NCBI GenBank assembly: GCA_902774725.1
Contig: CACYJP010000007.1
Span: forward strand, 1 to 58,960
DNA: 58,960 bases
From: an uncultured Lachnospiraceae bacterium
Lineage (GTDB): Bacteria > Bacillota > Clostridia > Lachnospirales > Lachnospiraceae
Direction of reading: 5' to 3'
Under the pieces are notes generated by a model that saw only the letters and a list, made by a program, of their open reading frames with translations, ran no database searches and had not been told where the DNA came from. Positions 1 through 9,658 of this stretch are shown in pieces (the first letter of the stretch is position 1; each line of letters starts with the position of its first letter). Both the position numbers and the translations under genes were made by a program.

Positions 1-49
1 TGTCAACAAAAAAATTTTTTATATATAAATTTTTTATATTTTTAAAATT

Positions 50-83
50 TGTGACACAACTGTGACAAAATATGTGATATAGT
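50..83 (+). promoter_or_regulatory. Extended -10 promoter (TG-a-TATAGT, 75-83) preceded/overlapped by three TGTGA(C/T)A direct repeats (50, 61, 73)
   Basis: Motifs read directly; lies upstream of RBS AAAGGAG and the 140 ATG; no good -35. Confidence 0.5.
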
Positions 84-139
84 GTTATCAGAAACAAACA
101 AACAAGCAACTATTCACAAATTGAAAGGAGAAAAGTATT

Positions 140-325
140 ATGAAGAATGAAGAGAACAAGGCATTAAACAGCGAGAACCTCGAGAAGGTAACTGGAGGAG
201 ATAACGAGTACGGAGTTACTTGTCCACATTGTGGAAGTTCGAACGTATCGTTCGTATACGACCATGATGAGATAGGTGTATTCGACTGCAGAGGCTGCGG
301 AAAGCGCTTCTCTGTAGGACCTTAA
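140..325 (+). CDS. Small peptide: double-glycine (bacteriocin-type) leader followed by a CxxC-x18-CxxC zinc ribbon
   Basis: Strong RBS; leader LNSENLEKVTGG; core CPHCG...CRGCGKRF; own promoter and terminator. Confidence 0.8.
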   Translation: MKNEENKALNSENLEKVTGGDNEYGVTCPHCGSSNVSFVYDHDEIGVFDCRGCGKRFSVGP

Positions 326-356
326 TCTAGATCCACTTTCTCATGAACCACTATAC

Positions 357-397
357 AAAATCCCCGTCTTCTTTACGAAGGCGGGGATTTCCCTTTT
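357..397. terminator. Bidirectional intrinsic terminator
   Basis: AAATCCCCGTCTTC-tttac-GAAGGCGGGGATTT hairpin between convergent genes. Confidence 0.8.
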
Positions 398-469
398 ATT
401 AAATCATATAATTTTATTAGATATTATAATTCTAGTAGATCTTATACTTATTGTTTTTCAAGTTTTGAA

Positions 470-2110
470 TTACATCTGAGAATTGAACAGACTCTTTATC
501 TTGTATACGATATCCTCGCTATCTGCATTGATGGTTGCAGCTTCGTTTACTTCGGAAAGCTCCTTCATCGCTGCTGTATCTGCTTCTGCAGTGTAGCTTA
601 TGGTATATACAGGAATCTTTGAATCCTTGAGTGATGGCTTGATAGTCTCAAGGCTGTAGCCGACATTTTGCTGACCATCACTGAGAAGGAATATCATAGG
701 CTTGGCATTCGGATTATCCTTCTGAGCTTTTTCTATCATATCCATCGCAACAACAATCGCATCATAACTGGCAGTTGAGCCGCTGGCCTGAAGTCTGTTG
801 ATTCCGCCCTGGAAGTAAGCCTTCTGATCCAGATCAAACTTAGCTATAGGAACCTCGATGGTAACATCATCAGCATAGCTCACAAGTCCAACATAGTTAT
901 TCTCGTTGATATACTGCATACCGTTTGAAAGTGAGGTCTTGAGCTGATTCAGTGGATCACCATACATACTTCCGCTACAGTCAGCGACGAATACTGCGAT
1001 GATATCCTGTCCGTTATCCTTATTTGCCTTGTATATCTCAAGCGCCTTATTAACCTCAGCACCTGTGTACTTAACATCAGTGCTGTAATCATTGTTTGCG
1101 TTGAAGCCATACTGTGTAGCAATTGTCTGCATATCTCCACTCAGGCAGTAATCAGTTATTATATCAATTGCCTCAAGCTCACTATCAGATAAATACTTCT
1201 CATTAACGATGTAAAGAGGATTGTCGTGTCTTACTCCGAATGGAACGAAATCATACATCTTGTTGATGTTCTCTTCGTTGATATAGGTCTGATACTCAAG
1301 AATCATTCCATCAAGAGTACCCTTCTTAGCACTATCCCTCATCTGCATTGTATTATACGCAACAAATGGGATATTCTGCTGAAATGTAGTAAAGCTCTCT
1401 ACTGCTTTATCACTGAACATATCAGCATCTCCATCCTTCAGTATAGAAAGAAGCAGATTCATTCCCGTAGAACTTGTCTGAGGGTTTGTGTATCCGATGT
1501 TGATCTCACCCTTTTTAACTGCTCCAATGATATCAGCATAGGTCTTATATGTACTGTTCTTGCTTATAAGAAGACCTGCAGTATTACCAACAAGTCTGTT
1601 AGTCTTTTCAGTAACATCTCCACCGTTTGCATTGATATACTCACCCCAGAGATAATTCGATGGAGTAAAGAGCTGTGGAGTATGCTTATTTGAAATGATA
1701 TAGTCAGCCGCAAGACCTGATGAAACAGGACGGATTGAAAGTCCTATCTTGAGTCCGGCCTCTGTTGTATGCTCTTCAGAGTTGAACTTATTAGCAACAT
1801 CAATGAGCCAGGCCTCGTAGTTTTCCCCTGCCTTCTCAGGAGAGGTCATTATCTCGATAACAACATCGCCCTTTCCCTGTACAGCAAGCGGATACTTTGT
1901 GATTTCCGGCAGCTCATCATAAAGAGTATTATCTTCAAGAGAAATCGACGCCTTAACAGGTGTCTGCTTTGTAACGTTGATCTTCTTGATCATTGAGTCC
2001 GTTGTTTTTCCTTTGGAGGAGTTTTTGAACAAGAGAAAGATAAACAATAGAACTATTATAGATACTGCAAAAACTACTCCCATTACTATAACTTTATTTG
2101 TCTTTTTCAT
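470..2110 (-). CDS. Membrane-anchored protein: solute-binding-protein-like domain plus C-terminal vWA domain
   Basis: N-terminal TM; PBP-like YTNPQTSSTG motif; MIDAS DCSGSM, T(ASYDA), LLSDGQ. Confidence 0.85.
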   Translation of the reverse strand: MKKTNKVIVMGVVFAVSIIVLLFIFLLFKNSSKGKTTDSMIKKINVTKQTPVKASISLEDNTLYDELPEITKYPLAVQGKGDVVIEIMTSPEKAGENYEAWLIDVANKFNSEEHTTEAGLKIGLSIRPVSSGLAADYIISNKHTPQLFTPSNYLWGEYINANGGDVTEKTNRLVGNTAGLLISKNSTYKTYADIIGAVKKGEINIGYTNPQTSSTGMNLLLSILKDGDADMFSDKAVESFTTFQQNIPFVAYNTMQMRDSAKKGTLDGMILEYQTYINEENINKMYDFVPFGVRHDNPLYIVNEKYLSDSELEAIDIITDYCLSGDMQTIATQYGFNANNDYSTDVKYTGAEVNKALEIYKANKDNGQDIIAVFVADCSGSMYGDPLNQLKTSLSNGMQYINENNYVGLVSYADDVTIEVPIAKFDLDQKAYFQGGINRLQASGSTASYDAIVVAMDMIEKAQKDNPNAKPMIFLLSDGQQNVGYSLETIKPSLKDSKIPVYTISYTAEADTAAMKELSEVNEAATINADSEDIVYKIKSLFNSQM

Positions 2111-2757
2111 GATTCCAACTTCGCCTTTCCTGTTTTTCTCATCAGCTCAAGACTCTCAATCATATCCTCAATCTCCTGAGTGTCATAATCAAGAGCTGTA
2201 TCGTCAAATGTAACTGAAAGCTCTGCGAGCTTGTTAAATCTATCCAGCAGATACTGTGTATCACCACACATTTCTTGCAGATATCCGGAATCCTTTCCCG
2301 TCACATAATCGAAGGACTCCATATACTCTGCTGCATTGGTCAGATTGCGTTTCAGCTGATTCTGTGTCAGTATGTAGAGCTCTCTCACCCTTTCGTCTCT
2401 TTCATCTGACATAAAATAGCCTTCTCTGCTCTGGATGCTTTCTATCATATCCAGCATATGTCTTCTTTCATTTTGAAATCTATCCTTACGTCCGGCATTC
2501 TTAACCCTGTCCCTCAGCTTTAGAAGACTCTGCTTTTCCTCTATACTGTCTTCCTTCACGACAACAACATTTGAATATATTGTAAATGCCGCCCAGCCTA
2601 GAAGAAGTATCATCGATATAAGATTGGTCAGGTTGCTCATATCACCGGTTCCATCGTGTGCACTGAACATCTTGCTCGTCACAAAATGGAATACAAATAC
2701 TACGCCAAGTATACCTATGTTGATCAGGTTTACCTTGAGCAGTTTTTTTATTTTCAT
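2107..2757 (-). CDS. Two-TM membrane protein with helical cytoplasmic C-terminus (XpaC-like architecture, tentative)
   Basis: Two hydrophobic segments; ATGA overlap with vWA gene; RBS present. Confidence 0.6.
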   Translation of the reverse strand: MKIKKLLKVNLINIGILGVVFVFHFVTSKMFSAHDGTGDMSNLTNLISMILLLGWAAFTIYSNVVVVKEDSIEEKQSLLKLRDRVKNAGRKDRFQNERRHMLDMIESIQSREGYFMSDERDERVRELYILTQNQLKRNLTNAAEYMESFDYVTGKDSGYLQEMCGDTQYLLDRFNKLAELSVTFDDTALDYDTQEIEDMIESLELMRKTGKAKLES

Positions 2758-2809
2758 TCAAACACTCCGTTCATAACTTATAAATCGTAACCATTCAAGT
2801 CGTGCTATA

Positions 2810-3571
2810 TCAGAACTTAAAGCCCCATTTTTTAAAGAATACCAAAAGTGATCTCAGGAATCTGAACACACCCTTCAGATTACCTGTATTATCTCTCTGC
2901 CAGTTGTGATATATCGTGGCATCAGGATAAAACACTATCTTCTTTCCGATTCTAAGTACTCTTTTAGAAAGATCCGAATCCTCACAGTACATAAAGTATC
3001 TGTTACTGAAGCCCTTCATTCTCTTAAGAAATACAGTCTCCGCTCCGAAGAAGCAGCCTGTACAAAACTCTATCTCAGTCGGAACACTTAAGTCCTCTGC
3101 CTGTCTCGTGTATCTTCTTCTCAGGTAGTGGAAGCCCGGGAATTTGCTGATAATAACATATCTAAATGTCGGACAATATTTCGGAAGATACTGCTCTGTT
3201 CCATCAGTATTTAACACCTTCGGAGTTATAAGACCTATCTCCGAGTGTTCCTTCAGGTGATCCGTGAGTCTTCCTATCGTATCCATATCCACATAGATAT
3301 CCGGATTGATAACAAAATGATAATCAGACTTCACACGCTTAATTATCGCATTATGTCCCGCTCCGAAGCCCTTGTTATCATCATTTTTCAGAATACGAAC
3401 CTCAGGGAACTTTGACTCTATTATAGATACAGTGCTGTCCGTAGACGCATTATCATATACATAAAGCTTGAACTGAAAGTCCTTATCCTTCGTCTGCTCA
3501 AGAACTGAAGCTATACATCTCTCTATCGTTTTTTCATTGTTGTATGTGACTATACTACCAGTTATTGTCAT
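2810..3571 (-). CDS. Glycosyltransferase family 2 (WbbL/rhamnosyltransferase-like)
   Basis: IVTYN, DNASTD, NKGFGAGHN, INPD, GCFF, FMYCEDSD. Confidence 0.9.
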   Translation of the reverse strand: MTITGSIVTYNNEKTIERCIASVLEQTKDKDFQFKLYVYDNASTDSTVSIIESKFPEVRILKNDDNKGFGAGHNAIIKRVKSDYHFVINPDIYVDMDTIGRLTDHLKEHSEIGLITPKVLNTDGTEQYLPKYCPTFRYVIISKFPGFHYLRRRYTRQAEDLSVPTEIEFCTGCFFGAETVFLKRMKGFSNRYFMYCEDSDLSKRVLRIGKKIVFYPDATIYHNWQRDNTGNLKGVFRFLRSLLVFFKKWGFKF

Positions 3572-3610
3572 AATACCCCGTTCTGTCAGTTAGTCTGACC
3601 GGAAGAGCTT

Positions 3611-4585
3611 CTAGCACCACAGCATCTGCACTGCCTTCTTTATACTTCCATGCTTATATACATCATACTTCTTGAAGAATTCTATCTTCTTCAGCTTATC
3701 AGCCATTATCAGGTCCGAATACTCCTTCATTATCTCAACAGTTTTCTCGCCTCTGGCTTTTTTTATCTCTTCCTCGTATCTCTTTACGATATAGCCCGTC
3801 TGTCTGTAGCTGAGATCCATATCCTTGAGAAATCTGTCTCTGCCCTTACTTATACGGGATTTATACTCAGCCGAGCTTCCGGCCGCGTGGGCGCCAACAA
3901 CATTTCCACTATGCTGTCTGTATCTTATAAGCGCCTCATCGATAAATGCAACATGGCCCGTTGCTGCAACAAGCACTGCTGCATAATGATCATACATAAG
4001 TATCATCTCTGACTGCGGAGCCTTCTTCATGAGATCAACTGCAGCCTTATTCATCATCACCGTACAACCGGTCACAGTATTTTGTATAAGCAGATGATTC
4101 AGCTTATCCTGCTTCGGAAGCTTCTGGTAATCATAGAAGGATGCGGCTATCTTCCTTCCCTCTTCATCCATAAGTGCAAGATCCGTATGAACCAAAAGCG
4201 GAGTTTCCTTGCCGTACTTCTTCTCAAGCTCCTTCATCTTCTTATAGGTAGTCTCCGTCTTTCTCCTATACCACATATCATCCTGATCCGAGAACATAAC
4301 ATAGTCTGCCTCAGAGATATGCAGAAGCTTCAGAAAGTTTCCTGACGGAGAGCCTGTTTTTATTCCATCATTTATGATGTGAACATCTATCGGGCACTCT
4401 CTCTTTGCCCTGTAATAATCCAGTCTCTTTTTTATTATATCCAGAGTCGCGTCTTCCGAACCATCATCTCTGATTATCAGTCTGATATCCTGATCAATCG
4501 AATCCGTACTCTGTGTCACAAGTGACTTTATCTGTTTATCTATATACTTCTCACCATTATATGTTGCTAAAAGTATATCTATCAT
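3611..4585 (-). CDS. Glycosyltransferase family 2 (RgpB-like rhamnosyltransferase)
   Basis: LLATYNGEKY, RDDGSED, FSDQDD, NTVTGCT, YRQH..NVVG. Confidence 0.9.
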   Translation of the reverse strand: MIDILLATYNGEKYIDKQIKSLVTQSTDSIDQDIRLIIRDDGSEDATLDIIKKRLDYYRAKRECPIDVHIINDGIKTGSPSGNFLKLLHISEADYVMFSDQDDMWYRRKTETTYKKMKELEKKYGKETPLLVHTDLALMDEEGRKIAASFYDYQKLPKQDKLNHLLIQNTVTGCTVMMNKAAVDLMKKAPQSEMILMYDHYAAVLVAATGHVAFIDEALIRYRQHSGNVVGAHAAGSSAEYKSRISKGRDRFLKDMDLSYRQTGYIVKRYEEEIKKARGEKTVEIMKEYSDLIMADKLKKIEFFKKYDVYKHGSIKKAVQMLWC

Positions 4586-5985
4586 TCCGTCTCCCCCGAA
4601 TAAAATGAATCATAGAATTTTTCATACTTCTCGTACTTCTCATCCGTTTCATTACTGAAGGCCTCTGTCGAATCCTTCTTGAAAATAACGATCAAGGTCT
4701 GGAACAAAAGCTTAATATCCAGCCAGAAGCTGTACTCCTCGATATACATCAGGTCAAGTACCAGCTTATCTCTTGGCGAGGTATTGTACTTTCCGGCTAT
4801 CTGTGCATAACCGGTGATACCCGCCTTAACGCGGAGTCTGTACTCAAACTCCGGCAGATCATTTGTATAGTTAAATATATTGGCCAGCATCTCAGGTCTC
4901 GGACCTACTATTGACATATCGCCCTTTATAACATTTACAAACTGCGGTATCTCATCTATTCTGAAACGTCTCAGGACCTTTCCGACCTTAGTTATTCTGT
5001 CATCATCAACTACTGAGAGGTAGTTATCTACATTTTCCTTCATAGTACGGAGTTTATAAACCGAGAAGATCCTTCCGCCTCTCGTAGCTCTGTTCTGTTT
5101 GAAGAATACGCTTCCACCATCCTCGAGCTTGATAGCTATTGCTGAAATGATAAGCAGTGGGGATGTTAAAAGGAGTGCAATACCTGAAAGAAGTATGTCA
5201 AATGCTCTCTTGATAAACTTCTGTTCTGCTGTGAGTCCAAGTGATGAAAGTCTGAGCAGTGACAGGTCATCGAGCATTACATGGCTTGAATTCAGCTCAA
5301 CCACATCCGCCATCTCAGGATTAATATAAACATTCTTCATATTCTGATAGCAGAACTCAACTATCTGTGTACGCTCACGAATAGGAACATCATAGATAAA
5401 GACAGTTTCATACTTCGGAATAACCTCGCGAAGCTGCTCATTACGATAGTCCATATTTCTGCAGATTCTGAACTGAAGTCTGTACTTACGGACACTTGAG
5501 CTTATCTCCTTGAGTGAACGCTGTGAGGATGTGATTATCAGACATCTCTCAGGATTATATATTCTGAAATAAACCCAGTTACCACCATAAACCGCAAACT
5601 GGATAAAAATGATCTGAACTGCAAAAACAATCAAAAGCAGCCACGGCTGTTCCAGAGTAAATGTAGCATTGTTCGCATCATTTGTGTTCATGACGCAGAG
5701 CATTACATAAGCTACAAGATCTGTCATAACCGAAGCAAGCGAGAGGGAAATGATGATAGGCTTACTCTTTCTCTTACCTATATCATAGCCTCCGTATATT
5801 TTTACAAACAGATATCCTGATATCACGTAGCTGAGCGTTGTTACCGCAGCCGTTCTGGAAATAGTAAGCAGCTGCCAGTTCTGTATAGCGTACAGTCTAT
5901 AGAATATCCAAAATATAACAAAATATAAAATTAGCTTGAAAAGGAGAACAATTAAGTTCTCACACTGTTTCAGCTTTTCTCTCAT
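4582..5985 (-). CDS. Polyprenyl glycosylphosphotransferase (WcaJ/CpsE-type initiating sugar transferase)
   Basis: 4 N-terminal TMs; KRAFD, KLRTM, RITKVG..LR..RIDEIPQ, MSIVGPRPE, GITGYAQ. Confidence 0.93.
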   Translation of the reverse strand: MREKLKQCENLIVLLFKLILYFVIFWIFYRLYAIQNWQLLTISRTAAVTTLSYVISGYLFVKIYGGYDIGKRKSKPIIISLSLASVMTDLVAYVMLCVMNTNDANNATFTLEQPWLLLIVFAVQIIFIQFAVYGGNWVYFRIYNPERCLIITSSQRSLKEISSSVRKYRLQFRICRNMDYRNEQLREVIPKYETVFIYDVPIRERTQIVEFCYQNMKNVYINPEMADVVELNSSHVMLDDLSLLRLSSLGLTAEQKFIKRAFDILLSGIALLLTSPLLIISAIAIKLEDGGSVFFKQNRATRGGRIFSVYKLRTMKENVDNYLSVVDDDRITKVGKVLRRFRIDEIPQFVNVIKGDMSIVGPRPEMLANIFNYTNDLPEFEYRLRVKAGITGYAQIAGKYNTSPRDKLVLDLMYIEEYSFWLDIKLLFQTLIVIFKKDSTEAFSNETDEKYEKYEKFYDSFYSGETE

Positions 5986-6050
5986 CTGTTATCTCCATAG
6001 TTTGTTTCATAACTCTAACTTATTATTATAATCTAAATTCCCGTCAGTTT

Positions 6051-6992
6051 CTACTTTGAATTCTTTCGGGACACTACTCTCTTATTCTTCAAAATTATAG
6101 ACAATGCCTTTTGGATATTGATTATACGGGCAGTCTTGTAGCTTCCGCCATACTCACCATCCAAGGTCCATGGAATCTCCTCTTCACTCTTTATAACTAC
6201 TCTTGAAGACTCCTTGAATACGATATATTCATCCTTCATCTTATCTGTCATAAGACTTGTAACTATCTTATTCAGATCTGCCGGATTCTTAGGCTTTCTT
6301 ACAAGGATCGACTCAAACTTTCCGTCACTGAATGACATGTTCTTTACGCCGACATTTTTGAAGCCTCCGATTGAAAGAGAATTCGTTACATGGCCATAAA
6401 TAAATTCACCCTCCACGAGTTCATCATCGAACCATGCCTTAAGCCTGTAGCTTTTGACATTGAATACAGACTTGCTCGCCTCAAGTACATAAGCTGCGTG
6501 ACCCAGTGCATTTTTCAAACTCTGAGAGGTTGAATATGATATATCAGTAAAAAGACCAAATGCAGCAACATAGATAAAGAAGTCATTTTCAAGTCTTCCC
6601 ACATCGACATGAGTAACCTCACCGGTTACGATGTCCTTTGCAGCCTGAACCGGATTCAGACTTATCTTCAGACTCTTCGCATAATCATTCGTACTTCCAC
6701 ATGGGATGTAGCCCATATGAATCCTTCTCTGAAGCTTTCTCTCCAGCCTCATTACCCCGCCGACAGTATTATCAAGCGTACCATCGCCACCGGCGCAGAC
6801 AACTATATCATACTCGTCTGCATGATCTACGATGAATTCATTATCTACTTCCTGCTCCTTGTGAGTTAAATAAACCTCAACTCTGTAGCCTGCACCACAG
6901 AATATCTCAAGGATGTCGTTCATTTTACTCTTTATTGCCGTCTTACCGGCTTTTGGATTTACTATAAATAGAAGTTTCTTTTCCTTAGCCAT
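6051..6992 (-). CDS. Diacylglycerol kinase family lipid kinase (YegS/Rv2252/BmrU)
   Basis: NPKAG, GGDGT, PCGSTND, LDGE motifs. Confidence 0.93.
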   Translation of the reverse strand: MAKEKKLLFIVNPKAGKTAIKSKMNDILEIFCGAGYRVEVYLTHKEQEVDNEFIVDHADEYDIVVCAGGDGTLDNTVGGVMRLERKLQRRIHMGYIPCGSTNDYAKSLKISLNPVQAAKDIVTGEVTHVDVGRLENDFFIYVAAFGLFTDISYSTSQSLKNALGHAAYVLEASKSVFNVKSYRLKAWFDDELVEGEFIYGHVTNSLSIGGFKNVGVKNMSFSDGKFESILVRKPKNPADLNKIVTSLMTDKMKDEYIVFKESSRVVIKSEEEIPWTLDGEYGGSYKTARIINIQKALSIILKNKRVVSRKNSK

Positions 6993-7018
6993 TTATCCTT
7001 CACCATTTTTTTACATTT

Positions 7019-7675
7019 TTATCTTCTAGCAAGGTATCTATCAAGTCCTTTTTTTCTGAGCTTGCAGGAAGGACAATCCCCACAACCGTCTCCGATTATA
7101 CCATTGTAGCATGTAAGCGTCTTATTTCTGACGATATCAAAAACCCCCAATTCGTCAGCCAGCTCCCATGTCTCCTCCTTATCCAGCCACATGAGCGGAG
7201 TGATAACATCAAACTCGTAGTCCATAGCCAGATTAAGTGTCGTATTCAGAGACTTGATAAATATATCTCTGCAGTCAGGGTATCCTGAGAAATCACTCTG
7301 TGATACGCCTGTTATTATATCTGTAACTCCGTGTGTCTTTGCGAAAATCGCCGCATAGGTAAGGAACAGCATATTTCTTCCCTCAACAAAGGAGTTTGGA
7401 GTTCCTTCCTCCGGAGCATCCTTATCCACCTCGATATCAGCTCTCGTAAGAGAATTCGGTGCTAACTGATTGAGCTCCTTCAGGTCGATCACCACCTGTT
7501 CGACCTCAAAATCCTTTGCAATTGAAGCTGCACACTCAAGCTCCTTCTTATGTCTCTGACCATAATCAAAAGACACAGCATATACTTTTTTATATCTATT
7601 CAGCGCCCAGGCAAGGCATGTCGTGCTGTCCTGTCCGCCACTGAAAACTACTACTGCTTCGTCCTTATTCTTCAT
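7019..7675 (-). CDS. queC: 7-cyano-7-deazaguanine synthase
   Basis: [26 protein letters not shown]-terminal CY...CGDCPSC. Confidence 0.96.
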   Translation of the reverse strand: MKNKDEAVVVFSGGQDSTTCLAWALNRYKKVYAVSFDYGQRHKKELECAASIAKDFEVEQVVIDLKELNQLAPNSLTRADIEVDKDAPEEGTPNSFVEGRNMLFLTYAAIFAKTHGVTDIITGVSQSDFSGYPDCRDIFIKSLNTTLNLAMDYEFDVITPLMWLDKEETWELADELGVFDIVRNKTLTCYNGIIGDGCGDCPSCKLRKKGLDRYLARR

Positions 7676-7714
7676 AATGATTCACCTTCTTACCAAACCG
7701 GTAAAACTCTTAAA

Positions 7715-8332
7715 CTACAGAACCGTCTTTTTAGCCCTGTCTACATCCGTCTGTGTTCTCAGATCAATAAGTCTGAGCACTCTCTCCTGAAGCTCCCTGT
7801 CTTCCTTAAATGCTCCTCTAAATGTAGTTGTCATCGTTACTGAAGGAGTATTCTTGATTCCTCTGGCAGTCATGCAGCTATGCTTTCCTGTTATGATAAC
7901 CGCAACGTCAGGCGAAAGTGTGGCCTTCTCCATGATATAGGCTATATCAGTACCTATCTTCTCCTGAAGCTGAAGCCTCTTTCCAACCATATCAGCTATA
8001 CGCGCTATCTTGCTGAGTCCGATAACTCTCTCACGCGGGATATACGCAACACTGACTCTCATATCATACATAAGAGCCATATGATGCTCACAATAACTAA
8101 ATATCTCTATGTCCTTTACTAGAACCATATCATTATTAGTTGGTGCGTCAAATGTTTTATTGAACTTTGCAACTATCTCATCGTTAGTATAGCCTATACC
8201 CTCGAAGATCTCACTATACATTCTGGCAACTCTGTCCGGAGTTTCCTTAAGACCTTCCCTGTCCGGATCCTCTCCAATCGCTTCCAGAATACCTCTGATA
8301 TGTTCTCTTATTTTTTCCTGATCAACTGCCAT
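7715..8332 (-). CDS. folE: GTP cyclohydrolase I (start reassigned to MAVDQ, which has an RBS)
   Basis: [44 protein letters not shown]. Confidence 0.95.
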   Translation of the reverse strand: MAVDQEKIREHIRGILEAIGEDPDREGLKETPDRVARMYSEIFEGIGYTNDEIVAKFNKTFDAPTNNDMVLVKDIEIFSYCEHHMALMYDMRVSVAYIPRERVIGLSKIARIADMVGKRLQLQEKIGTDIAYIMEKATLSPDVAVIITGKHSCMTARGIKNTPSVTMTTTFRGAFKEDRELQERVLRLIDLRTQTDVDRAKKTVL

Positions 8333-8415
8333 TTTTCTCTCCGTTTTATGTTTTATCATTTTTTCAGCTTTACATATGTTACTTTATTTATACGCCCGTA
8401 CATACACCGCTTTGT

Positions 8416-9102
8416 TTATACGCCTCTCAAGTCAGGATCCCATATATACTTATGCTGCTGCAATTGATGAACTACGCGGTTCATCTTGTACTTTTTCATA
8501 TACTCAACTATCTCAGCGGGTTTTATTCTGTCAAATACAGCACTGAGGTATACTCCACACTTATCTGTTAAGCCATACTCGTAGATGATATCTCTTGCCC
8601 TGTCCAGGTCATTTATGTCCGACACAACAAACTTTACCACATCACAGGGAGCAAGCAGATCATAATTATCTTCCAGCATGAACTGTTCCATTCCGCTTCC
8701 GGGACATTTATAATCAAGAGTAATCACCATCTCATCATTCAGATTCAGTTCATCGGCCAACGCAGCTAATGGAGTTATGTCAACTGCTCCGTTTGTCTCT
8801 ATCTCAACGAGATGTCCCGTCCCGATAAGCTCTGCCACAAGATCCGGAAGACTCTCCTGAAGAAGCGGCTCGCCACCCGTAAGGGTAACACGTCTGACTC
8901 CGGCTAAGTTTACATACCGGATTATATCCTCCAGACTCAAAAGCTCACTTGGACAGTCCATTGGAATAGCCCAGGCAGTATCGCAATAGCTGCAGTTCAG
9001 GTTGCATCCTGCAAATCTGATAAATACAGCCAGCTCTCCCGCGAATCTCCCTTCGCCGTTTATGCTTATGAATTTTTCAGCAACTTGAAATACATCATGC
9101 AT
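8416..9102 (-). CDS. queE: 7-carboxy-7-deazaguanine synthase (radical SAM, clostridial type)
   Basis: EKFISINGEG, CNLNCSYCDT, LTGGEP, IETNG, QLQQHKYIW. Confidence 0.93.
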   Translation of the reverse strand: MHDVFQVAEKFISINGEGRFAGELAVFIRFAGCNLNCSYCDTAWAIPMDCPSELLSLEDIIRYVNLAGVRRVTLTGGEPLLQESLPDLVAELIGTGHLVEIETNGAVDITPLAALADELNLNDEMVITLDYKCPGSGMEQFMLEDNYDLLAPCDVVKFVVSDINDLDRARDIIYEYGLTDKCGVYLSAVFDRIKPAEIVEYMKKYKMNRVVHQLQQHKYIWDPDLRGV

Positions 9103-9146
9103 ATTGGTCCCCTTTAATGCTAATGCATTGATAGACTTTCCTTTTG

Positions 9147-9569
9147 TTACGGCAAGCTATATTCCGCACAGTTTTCAGGTGTTTCGAAAACTCTTGTACG
9201 AACAACGCTGTAGCCTTTGGTTGACATAACATCATAATAGTATTTTGCAAGATTTTCTGCTGTAGGTCTGAAATCAAGTTCAAAAAGCTTAAAGCCCTCT
9301 TCATTCAAAGCTTCAACCGTTGATGGTTTCAGGCTTCCCTTTTCAATCAGACACATGTGATCCATCTTCGCAGTTTCTTCCATCAGGTCGCCCTTCAGCT
9401 TTCCGAAGTCAACAACCATGCCTCTATAAGGGCCGCTGGTTTCAACTGTCTCTGAGCCAACCTCAACTGTTACTACCCATCTATGTCCATGGATGTTGGC
9501 ACATTTGCCATTATAATCTTTGAGGAAATGAGCTCCATCAAAGGAAGATCTTGTTTTTAATATATACAT
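9147..9569 (-). CDS. queD: 6-carboxytetrahydropterin synthase
   Basis: FDGAH, CANIHGH, MVVDF, PTAEN, FETP. Confidence 0.93.
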   Translation of the reverse strand: MYILKTRSSFDGAHFLKDYNGKCANIHGHRWVVTVEVGSETVETSGPYRGMVVDFGKLKGDLMEETAKMDHMCLIEKGSLKPSTVEALNEEGFKLFELDFRPTAENLAKYYYDVMSTKGYSVVRTRVFETPENCAEYSLP

Positions 9570-9588
9570 GATTTCCTACCTCATCCAT

Positions 9589-9658
9589 ATCAAAAGATTC
9601 TAATCAAATAATTCTAATCAAAAGATTCTAATCAAAAAATCTTAATCATAAGAATTTT
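9589..9658. repeat. Five tandem copies of a 14-bp unit (ATCAAAAGATTCTA consensus)
   Basis: Units start at 9589, 9603, 9617, 9631, 9645. Confidence 0.85.

Noticed and set aside
2810-5985. Dedicated pilin glycosylation locus
   Set aside because: About 9 kb from the pilus genes, no oligosaccharyltransferase or flippase visible; ordinary cell-wall polysaccharide role is simpler
7019-9569. dpd-type DNA 7-deazaguanine modification island
   Set aside because: No dpdA/tgt-like, helicase or mobile-element genes adjacent; flanks are housekeeping
9589-9658. CRISPR array (also considered for 11175-11244 and 37232-37338)
   Set aside because: Units are contiguous or have very short spacers; no unique 30-40 bp spacers and no cas genes
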